A DNA stretch of 64,000 nucleotides from a candidate division BRC1 bacterium HGW-BRC1-1 (GTDB taxonomy: Bacteria > Sumerlaeota > Sumerlaeia > Sumerlaeales > Sumerlaeaceae): positions 209,231 through 273,230 of the forward strand of contig PHCB01000008.1 of the NCBI GenBank assembly GCA_002842095.1, written 5' to 3'. The first letter of the stretch is position 1. Each line of letters begins with the position of its first letter. A program made the position numbers and the translations under genes. The notes under the pieces were generated by a model. The model searched no databases. It worked only from the letters and a program-made list of their open reading frames with translations, and was not told where the DNA came from. This document shows, piece after piece, positions 32,062 through 40,703 of the stretch.

Positions 32062-32138
32062 GTACCCATAGCTCAACTGGATAGAGCGCCAGACTACGGA
32101 TCTGGAGGTTGGGGGTTCGACCCCTCCTGGGTACGCCA
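32062..32138 (+). tRNA. tRNA-Arg(ACG) with encoded CCA.
   Basis: Hand-folded. Acceptor GTACCCA / TGGGTAC, then U8A9. The D-arm is GCTC-AACTGGATA-GAGC. The anticodon loop CTACGGA gives anticodon ACG. The T-arm is GGGGG-TTCGACC-CCTCC. The discriminator is G, followed by CCA. Confidence 0.85.
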
Positions 32139-32477
32139 TTTTCTTTCTCCCCCCCCGTCACTAATCACAAAAGTGGTTTGTTTAGACGGTTCGGCGCCAA
32201 ATGCCGACCGGGCGTGCCAGACGCACCAAAATCGCGGCTTGGATAGATTCTTCCCTCACCCCACAAAAACGGTCTGGAAGACGCGAAAAGTGTATTGTGG
32301 GTTTATCCGGCGTTCGCCCTCACTCGGTTGGGTTTGTTGCTTCCCGAAATAGTGCTCAACGGACGAACTCGGCGGTAGTTTATCTTCCCCGAAACATCGA
32401 AGCCGAAGGGAAACGGAAATGCGGTCGTTTCCCTTCGGCTCGAAATTGGAGCGTGTTGCGCCTTCAGTCGCGAATCA

Positions 32478-34448
32478 TCAGTTAGTTGAAACCCACAGAT
32501 TTAGTTCTTGAATGGGGCCGCTCACCGCGGCGGCAAGCAGGCCACTGCCACCACCCATGACGTTCTTAAACAACCCTTCCTTAAGGCGACTATTGTAATA
32601 GATGTCCGGGCTGCCGCTGCCGCCATATCCGCCTTTGGCAATGATAGTTCCATACACCGATGCGTTTCCTGTGCGGCCCATGGTGCCAGCCACATACAGA
32701 ATTCCGTCCATGTAGCAACCGGCAGTGTTCGTGCCGGTGGATCCGCTGGGATCGGCAGCAAATTGGTCGGGATTTTTCATGAGCACAGAGGGAAAGCCAC
32801 CACCTCCGCTGGTGCTGAAGTCAGAATTCAGATACAACAAACCCTTCCAGAACCAATTATCACTGGAGTTCATGGCGATATTGCCGTAAGTACCGTTTTG
32901 CGTCCCCTCGATTGTATCGATAAATAGAATTCGATCCGGAATTTGGCTTGTATTACCATTACTCGGTACAAGGTTCTTCATACTTATCTGCCGTAACTCA
33001 GTGAAACGCGTGTTATGGGTCGCAACCGTGGTCATCGAGCCGGACGGCGTAACGTATAACGGCTGACCCGAGTCATTGACGAAGCCCCCCCCGGTGCCCG
33101 GGCGGCAGTAACCGCCCTGCTGAATGGCAAACGCCTTCCACGTGTTGTAATTCATCATGTTATTCATCACGGAGTCGATATAAACACTCGTCGCAGGCCA
33201 GTTCTGCACGAAGGCTCCTGAGCCCAGTGGAAAGTTACTGCCTCCCGATGTGGGGCCAGAATAAAGAACCCCTTGGCCTGTTCCGTTGCGAATATTCGAA
33301 ACATAAAAATCACCCGTTAAACTCAGTGTATTTCGATTCAGTGGTTTGCTACCCACGTCAAAAGCACCGTTGAGCGTCTGAACCAACACATCTGTAATCT
33401 GCGGGGAACCAGCTGGAAAAACGCTGCTGGGAAACAGTTCACCCGATCCGGATTTGTCTACAAATTTTGCAGCCGTGAGGTATCGTAGCCATTTCTCCGT
33501 ACCCACACCAGCACCTGTGTACTTGTTATCCTTTGCGGCTAACTCGTAATTATCCTTTTTTGTTATTTCCAACGGAGCAATGCCGAGTAGTTCCAAGTTC
33601 CCCTTGGCCATAACTGGCGCCCAATGGATGTTGAGGCTGCTGTTTCCAGATACGGTAACGATGTGGCCACTTATCAGCGCCGAGTCGCTTCCCTGGATGG
33701 GCGGTAGCATGGAGCTGGTGCCCGGCTGGATCAGAATCTTTTGTTGCATGATGCGGCTTTTAGTGGGACCCACGCCAGAGATGACTGATTCGGCTTCGAT
33801 AATCAGCGACACGCGCCGCAGGTCGTCCTTCACATGCAGTCCGGCAGCGTCCGTGGCTGTACTGCGGTAAGGAGTACTTATCCGGATTCTGCGCACATAG
33901 GCGCGGGGCACGGGCGTCCCGCTTTTATGGAAAATGGTGCCCGTATAGTTCGCCTCCATGTCATTATGAAAATCGATGACGCGGGATGCGTTGACGGGCA
34001 GATCCAATAAAACCTTCCGCCCGCCGGAAAGCCCGGCACCCGATGCGAGTGAGGAGTCGTATTGGCTGTAATAAGGCGAAACAATGCCGCCCGCCGAGAT
34101 GGCATCGAGCAATGTTGAATTATCTCGGTTTTCACGCACGTAATTGCTGAAGGCGATGGAACCCGATGTTACGGCCTCAATCTTTGCACCGGCCGATTGT
34201 CCTAATTGGGCCTTGGCCAGCGCAGGGTTCATGACCCAGGCCTTGGCTGCGGACAGGCCGCCCATGGCCACATGATATGCTTCCTCGTAATTTACACGAT
34301 CATGGGTCGCCCGGGTAAGGTCGCGCGCATTTTTAAGGGCCAACGCGGTCGCAAAGCCAATCACGCCGACCATGACTACCGTGAGAACAATTGTCGAACC
34401 GGCCCGCTTATAACGAGGCCGGACCACTCGTATTGACGTCGTATTCAT
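32478..34448 (-). CDS. Large minor-pilin-like protein (PilX/GspK-like) with an N-terminal TM helix; the last gene of the pseudopilin operon. The start is uncertain, between 34448 and 34514.
   Basis: The N-terminus is RAGSTIVLTVVMVGVIGFATALAL...HVAMGGLSAAKAWV (PilX_N-like). The 650-aa Ser/Gly/Thr/Asn-rich extracellular body has no enzymatic motif. It overlaps the upstream pseudopilin gene. Confidence 0.5.
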   Translation of the reverse strand: MNTTSIRVVRPRYKRAGSTIVLTVVMVGVIGFATALALKNARDLTRATHDRVNYEEAYHVAMGGLSAAKAWVMNPALAKAQLGQSAGAKIEAVTSGSIAFSNYVRENRDNSTLLDAISAGGIVSPYYSQYDSSLASGAGLSGGRKVLLDLPVNASRVIDFHNDMEANYTGTIFHKSGTPVPRAYVRRIRISTPYRSTATDAAGLHVKDDLRRVSLIIEAESVISGVGPTKSRIMQQKILIQPGTSSMLPPIQGSDSALISGHIVTVSGNSSLNIHWAPVMAKGNLELLGIAPLEITKKDNYELAAKDNKYTGAGVGTEKWLRYLTAAKFVDKSGSGELFPSSVFPAGSPQITDVLVQTLNGAFDVGSKPLNRNTLSLTGDFYVSNIRNGTGQGVLYSGPTSGGSNFPLGSGAFVQNWPATSVYIDSVMNNMMNYNTWKAFAIQQGGYCRPGTGGGFVNDSGQPLYVTPSGSMTTVATHNTRFTELRQISMKNLVPSNGNTSQIPDRILFIDTIEGTQNGTYGNIAMNSSDNWFWKGLLYLNSDFSTSGGGGFPSVLMKNPDQFAADPSGSTGTNTAGCYMDGILYVAGTMGRTGNASVYGTIIAKGGYGGSGSPDIYYNSRLKEGLFKNVMGGGSGLLAAAVSGPIQELNLWVSTN

Positions 34449-35043
34449 AGCTCTGTGGACCTCCTTGGTCCAGGAAGTGATTCTTGGCAATAACATCTGT
34501 GATGAATTGACCATATTGCATGTTGCTGCCGGTATTGAGCATCTTGGCGAATCCTGAATATTGATACTCCAACATAGCCGTCACTCGAAAAGCCGACTCG
34601 TAAATTAAGGTGAATCTCTCAATACCGCGGAAACTTCTGTCTGCCGTACCCACGGGATCCATGTTGCCATCGAAACTTACACTGTTTTCATTCATGTACA
34701 GTTCAAGTTTCTTGGTGCGATTGTTAAACGCGACCACCGCTTTGTTCACGCTGGTTTGCCCGGTCGGCACGGCAATCTTCATACGACGCAAGGCGGCGGT
34801 TGTTGCAACGTCTCCTGCGTACGGCTCGAAGTATGCTGCCCCGCGCATGAATGTGGCCAGTCGCTCGGCGGCAATCGCACAACTGGTTTGCGAGATTGCT
34901 TGACGATTAATAATAACAAGATTTCTTGCGGTAAAAAACGAAAGGTAGGCCAAGACTCCCAAGATAAGGGACGTGATGCCTATTGCTACCATCATCTCCA
35001 CGAGCGTGACACCACGATGATTGGATACACCCAGACATCTCAT
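34408..35043 (-). CDS. Pseudopilin / type IV minor pilin with a prepilin-type N-terminal cleavage/methylation motif.
   Basis: MRCLGVSNHRG|VTLVEMMVAIGITSLILGVL has the G-x-T-L-x-E prepilin motif followed by a hydrophobic helix. The start ATG at 35041-35043 overlaps the upstream gene's stop as ATGA. The track's 256-aa ORF is over-extended. Confidence 0.65.
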   Translation of the reverse strand: MRCLGVSNHRGVTLVEMMVAIGITSLILGVLAYLSFFTARNLVIINRQAISQTSCAIAAERLATFMRGAAYFEPYAGDVATTAALRRMKIAVPTGQTSVNKAVVAFNNRTKKLELYMNENSVSFDGNMDPVGTADRSFRGIERFTLIYESAFRVTAMLEYQYSGFAKMLNTGSNMQYGQFITDVIAKNHFLDQGGPQSYEYDVNTSGPASL

Positions 35044-35489
35044 AGCGTGCCTGCTCGCACGATGGAAGTGTAACGAATCATCTGCGTGCGTGACCAACTT
35101 CCAGACGGTTGCCATGAGACCGTCACGCGGCACAGCGCAGGCATATCCAATGGAGCGGATCCCAGTATGGTGCCCCAATCAACCCGCCCGTTGTTGTCGA
35201 TGGGGAAGAAATCGACAACCACCTGGGCAGCGATTTCCAATCCGGGTTGATTGAATGGTACCAAAGTTCGCGTACCCGCGTCGAGGGACGAATTCGTGAG
35301 TGCCGCTTCCATGGCTTGGCGCGCATAATTCATGGCAGCGAGCTTTTGCTTGTCGAGCTCCAGCGACTGCCGAGTATATATTATCGACGCAACGACGCCC
35401 AATGCCGTGATCATCACAATGCTCATGCTCAGCATCGTCTCGACGAGGGTGAAGCCGGAGGCGCGTTTATTTCTAATTTCCCTCATCAT
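35040..35489 (-). CDS. Pseudopilin / type IV minor pilin (prepilin N-terminal motif).
   Basis: MMREIRNKRASG|FTLVETMLSMSIVMITALGVV is the canonical GFTLVE motif. An RBS-like AGAGGG lies upstream of the ATG at 35487-35489. Confidence 0.65.
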   Translation of the reverse strand: MMREIRNKRASGFTLVETMLSMSIVMITALGVVASIIYTRQSLELDKQKLAAMNYARQAMEAALTNSSLDAGTRTLVPFNQPGLEIAAQVVVDFFPIDNNGRVDWGTILGSAPLDMPALCRVTVSWQPSGSWSRTQMIRYTSIVRAGTL

Positions 35490-36059
35490 AATACCCTCTG
35501 TGGGTGAATCAAAATCGATCTGAATACTCAACAAAATATTAAATCTCCGAGGAGCGTTAAGAGATTATGACCTTGTTGTGTAAGGACTTGCACTTTTCGA
35601 GATTGCAAAAAGCACAATAATTGGGCTTCGGGAATCTGGCTTACAGGCGCGATGCGGAGTACTGAAGCAGGGAAATATTTTACATTTGAAACATAAGGGA
35701 CAAGCACCTCAGGAGTAAAGGGTAAAATGCCGAAACCCGCCAACTTTTATTGTAAAGAGGTTTTCCTTCTGGAACTTGCTAAGAATCATAACAAGATTCA
35801 TGCCATCGAGTCGGATGTGATCAGTACTGTGGAATCGGTTTGATTTATCGCTCAGCAGGATCTCAGGGGCTACACTGAGGTGGGAATTCTTAAATTCGAA
35901 TCCCACCTGCACGGTGGCTCGGTTCTCATCGCCCTTGAGGCGCATCCGACGTAAGTCTACTCTCCTTTTTTGTAGCATTTTCGTATAATACCTCTGTTTC
36001 TGTTTTGTGTGGGTAAGGGGCAATTCCGTTTTCGGCCGTTTGGCCAGGGAGAAATTAGC

Positions 36060-38567
36060 ATGTTCAGACCGGCTCGCATGGCAGTTATCCTTATGGCGGT
36101 CCTCGTGCTGCCGATCAACTATGCGGCGGCTAGCAAGGATGCTGATGTCGAGCGCCGGGTCGAGCAGATTCTCCGCCGCATGACCACCGAGGAGAAGATC
36201 GCCCATATTGGCGGTCACAACGACTTTTACATACGCGGCATCGAGCGGTTGGGCGTGCCTGAAATTCGTCTGGACGACGGCCCGCAGGGCATCCGCCATT
36301 TCGGTCAGGCCACGGGTTACCCTGCGTCCATCAGCCTTGCTGCTACCTGGAACATGGAGCTTGCGCAAAACTTCGGGCGGTCCATTGCCCGCGACGCGAG
36401 GTCGCGCGGTGTGCATGTGTGGCTGGCCCCGGGCGTAAACATGCATCGCTCGCCGTTGTGCGGGCGCAATTTTGAGTATCTCGGCGAGGATCCGTATCTG
36501 GCGGGCATGCTGGCGTCAGAGGTAGTGCGCTCACTCCAGTCGAACGGCGTTCTCGCCACGGTGAAGCATTTCGCGGCGAACAACCAGGAGTTTGGGCGCC
36601 ATGGCATCAGTTCGGACATGGACGAACGCACGCTGCGCGAGATCTATCTGCCGGCGTTTGAAATGTGCGTGAAGCGTGGCGGCGCGGCGTTCATCATGGC
36701 GGCGTATAACCCGCTGAACGGCATTCATTGCACGGAGAACGATTTACTGCTCAATCGTATCTTGAAAGGGGAGTGGGGTTTCGACGGCGCGGTGATGTCC
36801 GACTGGGGCAGCACCTACGATGGGGTTGCGGCTGCGACCGCAGGTCTGGATCTGGAGATGCCCAACGGCAAGCGCATGAACGCGGAGACCCTTCTGCCCG
36901 CGCTTGCCAATGGCAAGGTAACGATGGACGAACTGGACGACAAGGTGCGGCGAATCCTTCGTGTGACCATGCGCGCCGGCTTCTTTGATCGTCCGCAGGT
37001 CTTGAAAGATATTCCCCGCAACGATCCGCGCAGCCGCAAAGTGGCCCTCGATCTGGCGCGTGAGGCGGTCGTTCTGCTGAAGAACGAAGGCGGCGCGCTT
37101 CCGTTGGACCCCGACAGTCTCAAGAGCATTGCCGTGATTGGCATGAATGCGCATCCGGCGATGCCTCAGGGCGGTGGCAGCGGCCACACGTGGAACTTCC
37201 GCCAGACTACAATCCTCGACGGCATCCGCGCCGCTGCGGGCGAAGGCGTGGAGGTTCGCTTTAACGCCGGCAACATCACGTCTGACACAATGGCCATGGC
37301 TCGCAATTCGAGATATGAGCACGTGGACGCTGACGGCGTGACGACTGCAGGCATGAAGGTGGAGTTCTTTACCAACCCCGATTTGAAAGGCGAGCCTGCC
37401 CTCACCCGTGTGGACTCCGTTATGAACTACATCTGGGCGATGAATGCTCCCGCGCCGGAAATACCAAGCGATAACTGGTCCGCGCGCTGGACGGGGCAGA
37501 TCCGCCCCACGGTGACGGGCGATCATCGCTTCTTGTTGCGGGTGGATGATGCGGCGCGTGTCTGGCTGGACGGCAAGGTGATTATCGACCAGTGGGCCTC
37601 GGGCCGAAATCGAGTGGTGACGGCCTCGGAGCCCATGGAGGCGGGGCGCACCTATGACCTGAAGATAGAATACCGAGAGTTGGCGATCTACGCGATCCTT
37701 CACTTTGGCTGGGCACCCGAGTATAATAAGGCTGCACCGCCCGAAGTGGAACTTGCACGGGAGTGCGACGTTGCCATCGTATGCGCGGGCTTCAACAGTG
37801 ACACGGAACGTGAGGGGAGTGATCGCACGTTCGAACTGCCCTATGAGCAGGGCGACATGATCCGGCAGGTTGCCGCAGCTAACCCGCGCACCATCGTTGT
37901 CCTCACCGGCGGCGGCAATATGGAAATGGAGTCCTGGATCAACGACGTGGAGGGCGTATTTCATGCCTGGTTCCCCGGGCAGGAAGGTGGAGAGGCCATC
38001 GCCGAGTTGCTGTTTGGCGAGGTGAATCCCAGCGGTAAACTGCCCGTCAGCTTTGAACGCGTGCCGGAAGACAACCCCACGTCGGCTTCCTACCACTCGC
38101 CCGACAAGAAGGGCGTATTCTACAGCGAGGGAGTGTTCATGGGGTATCGGGGTTACGACAAGTCGGGCATCAAACCCCGCTTCGCTTTCGGTCACGGCCT
38201 CTCTTATACGACCTTTGAGTTTTCCGATCTGAAGGTCACCAAGTCCGTTGTGCGTCAGGGCGATGAGATGTCGGTGTCCTTCTCGGTGAAGAACACGGGC
38301 GACCGCGCCGGCGCGACCGTGGGTCAGGTATACGTACAGGATCCCGAGTCCAGCGTACCCCGCCCTTTGAAGGAACTGAAGGGGTTCACGAAGTTGATGC
38401 TGAAACCAGGCCAGTCGCAGCGCGTGACCGTTCCACTATCCCCCGAGGCGCTGAAGTTCTGGCATCCGTCGGCGCGTAAGTGGGTCGCAGAGGCCGGAAA
38501 ATTCGCCGTACTTGTGGGGCCCTCTTCGGACGACCTTCCCTTGCGGGCGGAGTTCAATCTGGAGTGA
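36060..38567 (+). CDS. Glycoside hydrolase family 3 beta-glucosidase with a PA14 insertion, secreted.
   Basis: Signal peptide MFRPARMAVILMAVLVLPINYAAAS. GH3 N-terminal blocks RLGVPEIRLDDGPQGIR and KHFAANNQE. The catalytic region is GFDGAVMSDWG. A PA14-like insert (WSARWTGQIRPTVTGDHRF) and a C-terminal fibronectin-like domain are present. Confidence 0.85.
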   Translation: MFRPARMAVILMAVLVLPINYAAASKDADVERRVEQILRRMTTEEKIAHIGGHNDFYIRGIERLGVPEIRLDDGPQGIRHFGQATGYPASISLAATWNMELAQNFGRSIARDARSRGVHVWLAPGVNMHRSPLCGRNFEYLGEDPYLAGMLASEVVRSLQSNGVLATVKHFAANNQEFGRHGISSDMDERTLREIYLPAFEMCVKRGGAAFIMAAYNPLNGIHCTENDLLLNRILKGEWGFDGAVMSDWGSTYDGVAAATAGLDLEMPNGKRMNAETLLPALANGKVTMDELDDKVRRILRVTMRAGFFDRPQVLKDIPRNDPRSRKVALDLAREAVVLLKNEGGALPLDPDSLKSIAVIGMNAHPAMPQGGGSGHTWNFRQTTILDGIRAAAGEGVEVRFNAGNITSDTMAMARNSRYEHVDADGVTTAGMKVEFFTNPDLKGEPALTRVDSVMNYIWAMNAPAPEIPSDNWSARWTGQIRPTVTGDHRFLLRVDDAARVWLDGKVIIDQWASGRNRVVTASEPMEAGRTYDLKIEYRELAIYAILHFGWAPEYNKAAPPEVELARECDVAIVCAGFNSDTEREGSDRTFELPYEQGDMIRQVAAANPRTIVVLTGGGNMEMESWINDVEGVFHAWFPGQEGGEAIAELLFGEVNPSGKLPVSFERVPEDNPTSASYHSPDKKGVFYSEGVFMGYRGYDKSGIKPRFAFGHGLSYTTFEFSDLKVTKSVVRQGDEMSVSFSVKNTGDRAGATVGQVYVQDPESSVPRPLKELKGFTKLMLKPGQSQRVTVPLSPEALKFWHPSARKWVAEAGKFAVLVGPSSDDLPLRAEFNLE

Positions 38568-38669
38568 AGGGAAGCTCCGCTGATGTTGCACGGAGCGCAC
38601 CAGGTTTGCAGTCGATCTTTTTTCTGGGTCTGGAGTTCCCCCCCACACACGCAACGAAATCAAACAAAC

Positions 38670-38738
38670 GTGCCCGCTTCGTGCATCGCAAGCCTTTGGT
38701 TTATGGCTTGGTCTGCATGAGGCGGGCACTTTTCAATT
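38670..38738. terminator. Bidirectional hairpin terminator between the convergent GH3 gene and gspF/pilC copy 1.
   Basis: GTGCCCGC...(about 44-nt imperfect stem-loop)...GCGGGCAC. It is followed by TTTTCAATT on the plus strand and by GTTTGTTT on the minus strand. Confidence 0.5.
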
Positions 38739-38769
38739 CGTGGGTTAATTAACGCCTGGTTGCGGCGGC

Positions 38770-40008
38770 TTACGATTCCTTGCCGATAACCTTCGGGATG
38801 CTGAACAACGGCAGGTAGAGGGCCACGACGATGACACCGACGATGGCGCCGAGGAACACGATGAGTACCGGCTCCAGAATGGACGTGAGGGCGTTCACCG
38901 TATCGTCCACTTCGCGTTCGTAGGCTTCAGCCACCTTCGTCAACATCTGGTCGATGGCACCGGTTTCTTCACCAACGGCGACCATGTGGACGACGAGGGG
39001 AGGGAAGACTTTGCATTTTGCCAGAGGCTCGTGGATCGTCTCGCCGTCCTTCACGCTGGCGTAAACCGTGTCCATGGCTCGCGTCACCACTTCGTTGCCG
39101 CTGGTTTCGCGGACGATGTCGAGGGCCTGGAGAATCGGCACACCGGAGGTGATCAACGTGGAGAGCGTGCTGGCAAAACGCACGATGGCGGTCTTGCGGA
39201 AAAGGTCGCCGAAGACCGGCAGTTTCAATTTCAGACGGTCGAAAAAGTATTTTCCTTCCTTCGTCGAGTTGATCTTTTTAAAGACCTGCCACACCACCAC
39301 CAAGGCAAGAATCACCCAGATTGTGCGGTGGGCGAGGATGTAGCTGAGGTCAATCAGCAACTGGGTCAGGAAGGGGAGTTCGGCGCCGAGTTGGTCGAAA
39401 ATGTCCTTAAACTTCGGGATGATGACCAGAAGAATGAAGCTCACGATACCTACTGCCAGCGTCATAACGACGAGCGGGTACATCATGGCGGAACGGACCT
39501 TGCCGATGATGGCCTGGCGTTTTTCGAGGAACTCGGCAATTTTGTTCAAGACGGCTTCCAACACACCGCCCATTTCACCGGCCCGGACCATGTTCACATA
39601 AAGTCCGTCGAACACCTTGGGGTGTTTTGCGAGGGCCTCCGACAGAGTTCCGCCGCTTTCAATGTCTTTGGAAATCTGGCGGATTTTTTCCTTAAATATG
39701 GCGGACTCCACCTGCTCTTGCAGAATGTGGAGAGAGCGCAAAATTGGCAACCCTGCGTCGATCAGGGTTGCGAGCTGCCGTGTGAAGGTCATGACGTGCT
39801 TCAGCTTCACACGGTGAAAGATGATGCGCAGACCAGGGAGCGCGAGAACGTCCACGTTGCCCGCTTTGCTTTTGTTGATCACAACATTGAGCGGGTAATA
39901 CCCCATGTTGCGAAGCTTCTCGACAATGACTTCCTCGCTGCTCGCGTCGATTACTCCGCGAACTTGCTTACCACCCTTGTCGAGGGCTTCGTAAGTATAC
40001 TCCGGCAT
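38770..40008 (-). CDS. gspF: Type II secretion / type IV pilus inner-membrane platform protein GspF/PilC, paralog 1.
   Basis: Length 412 aa. The N-terminus is MPEYTYEALDKGGKQVRGVIDASSEEVIVEKLRNMGYYPL. Two T2SSF repeats are present, each with 3 TM segments. Confidence 0.8.
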   Translation of the reverse strand: MPEYTYEALDKGGKQVRGVIDASSEEVIVEKLRNMGYYPLNVVINKSKAGNVDVLALPGLRIIFHRVKLKHVMTFTRQLATLIDAGLPILRSLHILQEQVESAIFKEKIRQISKDIESGGTLSEALAKHPKVFDGLYVNMVRAGEMGGVLEAVLNKIAEFLEKRQAIIGKVRSAMMYPLVVMTLAVGIVSFILLVIIPKFKDIFDQLGAELPFLTQLLIDLSYILAHRTIWVILALVVVWQVFKKINSTKEGKYFFDRLKLKLPVFGDLFRKTAIVRFASTLSTLITSGVPILQALDIVRETSGNEVVTRAMDTVYASVKDGETIHEPLAKCKVFPPLVVHMVAVGEETGAIDQMLTKVAEAYEREVDDTVNALTSILEPVLIVFLGAIVGVIVVALYLPLFSIPKVIGKES

Positions 40009-40309
40009 GGCTTCGTCACCTTTCCACGAATTGCATTTGGAACTACCAGTTCGAATGCAACCCGTTCAACAGTTTTCACGAACATTGTTCAGCCTGATAA
40101 CAGATTGGACGCACAGGCCGGCTGGGTGGATGACATCCGCCCGAAATAACCCCTCACATTCAAACTGATTAAATGAATTGTGCCCGCTGAAGAATCCTCG
40201 CTGCTTCCGTGATGATGATAGAGTGGCTTGTTGGTTATCCCCGCAGAGCAGGAAAGGTTTCCCGCAAAGACACAGAGGAATGCAATATCAGGGCGGGTGT
40301 TTTGGGGGC

Positions 40310-40375
40310 TTGCACACCGGTTGCACACCGGTTGCACACCGCTTGCACACCGGTCGCACTCCAGTTGCAATTCGA
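40310..40375. repeat. Tandem 11-bp microsatellite (TTGCACACCGG) of 4 near-perfect plus 2 degenerate units.
   Basis: Units read directly at 40310, 40321, 40332 (..CGC) and 40343, with degenerate units at 40354 and 40365. It lies about 300 bp upstream of gspF/pilC paralog 1, in the spacer between the two paralogs. Confidence 0.8.
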
Positions 40376-40601
40376 CGAAAAAGTGGGGCGAGGCGCCGAC
40401 CTGGGGAGGAAAAGGGACTGCTGAAGAATCCACCGCCGCTTCGGGCAGGATGGTTGCATTGATTATTGGTCGTCTTTATAGGGCGCCTTGCATGGATCCC
40501 GTCACCTCCAATTGCAGCGCGTTACCCCCGACTTGCGCTTGAAATAAGCGTCAGGAGGACGCATCCCGTTCGGGAAACAGAAAATTCAGCAATCCCGAAT
40601 T

Positions 40602-40669
40602 GTGCCCGCTTAGTGGGTCGCAAGCTTTGGGTGTATGGCTTGGTTTCCAAGAAGCGGGCACTTTTCAAT
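40602..40669. terminator. Duplicate of the hairpin terminator, downstream of gspF/pilC copy 2.
   Basis: The same GTGCCCGC...GCGGGCAC inverted repeat is followed by TTTTCAATT. It is near-identical to 38670-38738. Confidence 0.5.
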
Positions 40670-40703
40670 TTGTGGAAATTTAGTGAGCATAGGTTCCGCT
40701 TGG

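Noticed and set aside
31810-32139. 109-aa minus-strand ORF (MAYPGGVEPPTSRS...).
   Set aside because: It is exactly antisense to tRNA-Arg(ACG). The GVEPPTS peptide is the classic reverse-translation of a tRNA T-arm.
19964-32161. Possibility that the segment between tRNA-Leu and tRNA-Arg is a genomic island or prophage.
   Set aside because: The content is housekeeping (PBP1A, recN, thrS and others). There is no integrase, transposase or phage genes, and I could not see direct repeats of the tRNA 3' ends.
35709-36446. 245-aa minus-strand ORF spanning the pseudopilin/GH3 intergenic region and the GH3 5' end.
   Set aside because: It overlaps the GH3 signal-peptide region antisense and has no RBS, motif or hydrophobic segment. 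Region 35535-36059 is better interpreted as a divergent promoter region.
36744-38195. 483-aa ORF antisense to the GH3 beta-glucosidase gene.
   Set aside because: It is embedded in a strongly supported GH3 CDS and has no domain signal. It is a GC-rich antisense frame.
38986-40149. 387-aa ORF antisense to gspF/pilC copy 1, with a similar 172-aa ORF at 41556-42074 against copy 2.
   Set aside because: The translation is repeat-like and low-complexity, and it sits opposite conserved membrane-protein genes. Its presence in both paralogs simply reflects the duplication.
40300-40380. Considered whether the 11-bp repeats could be a CRISPR array or a coding oligopeptide repeat.
   Set aside because: The units are directly adjacent, with no spacers, and far shorter than CRISPR repeats. 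The unit length is not a multiple of 3, and the ORFs across it are driven purely by the repeat. It is better explained as a non-coding microsatellite.
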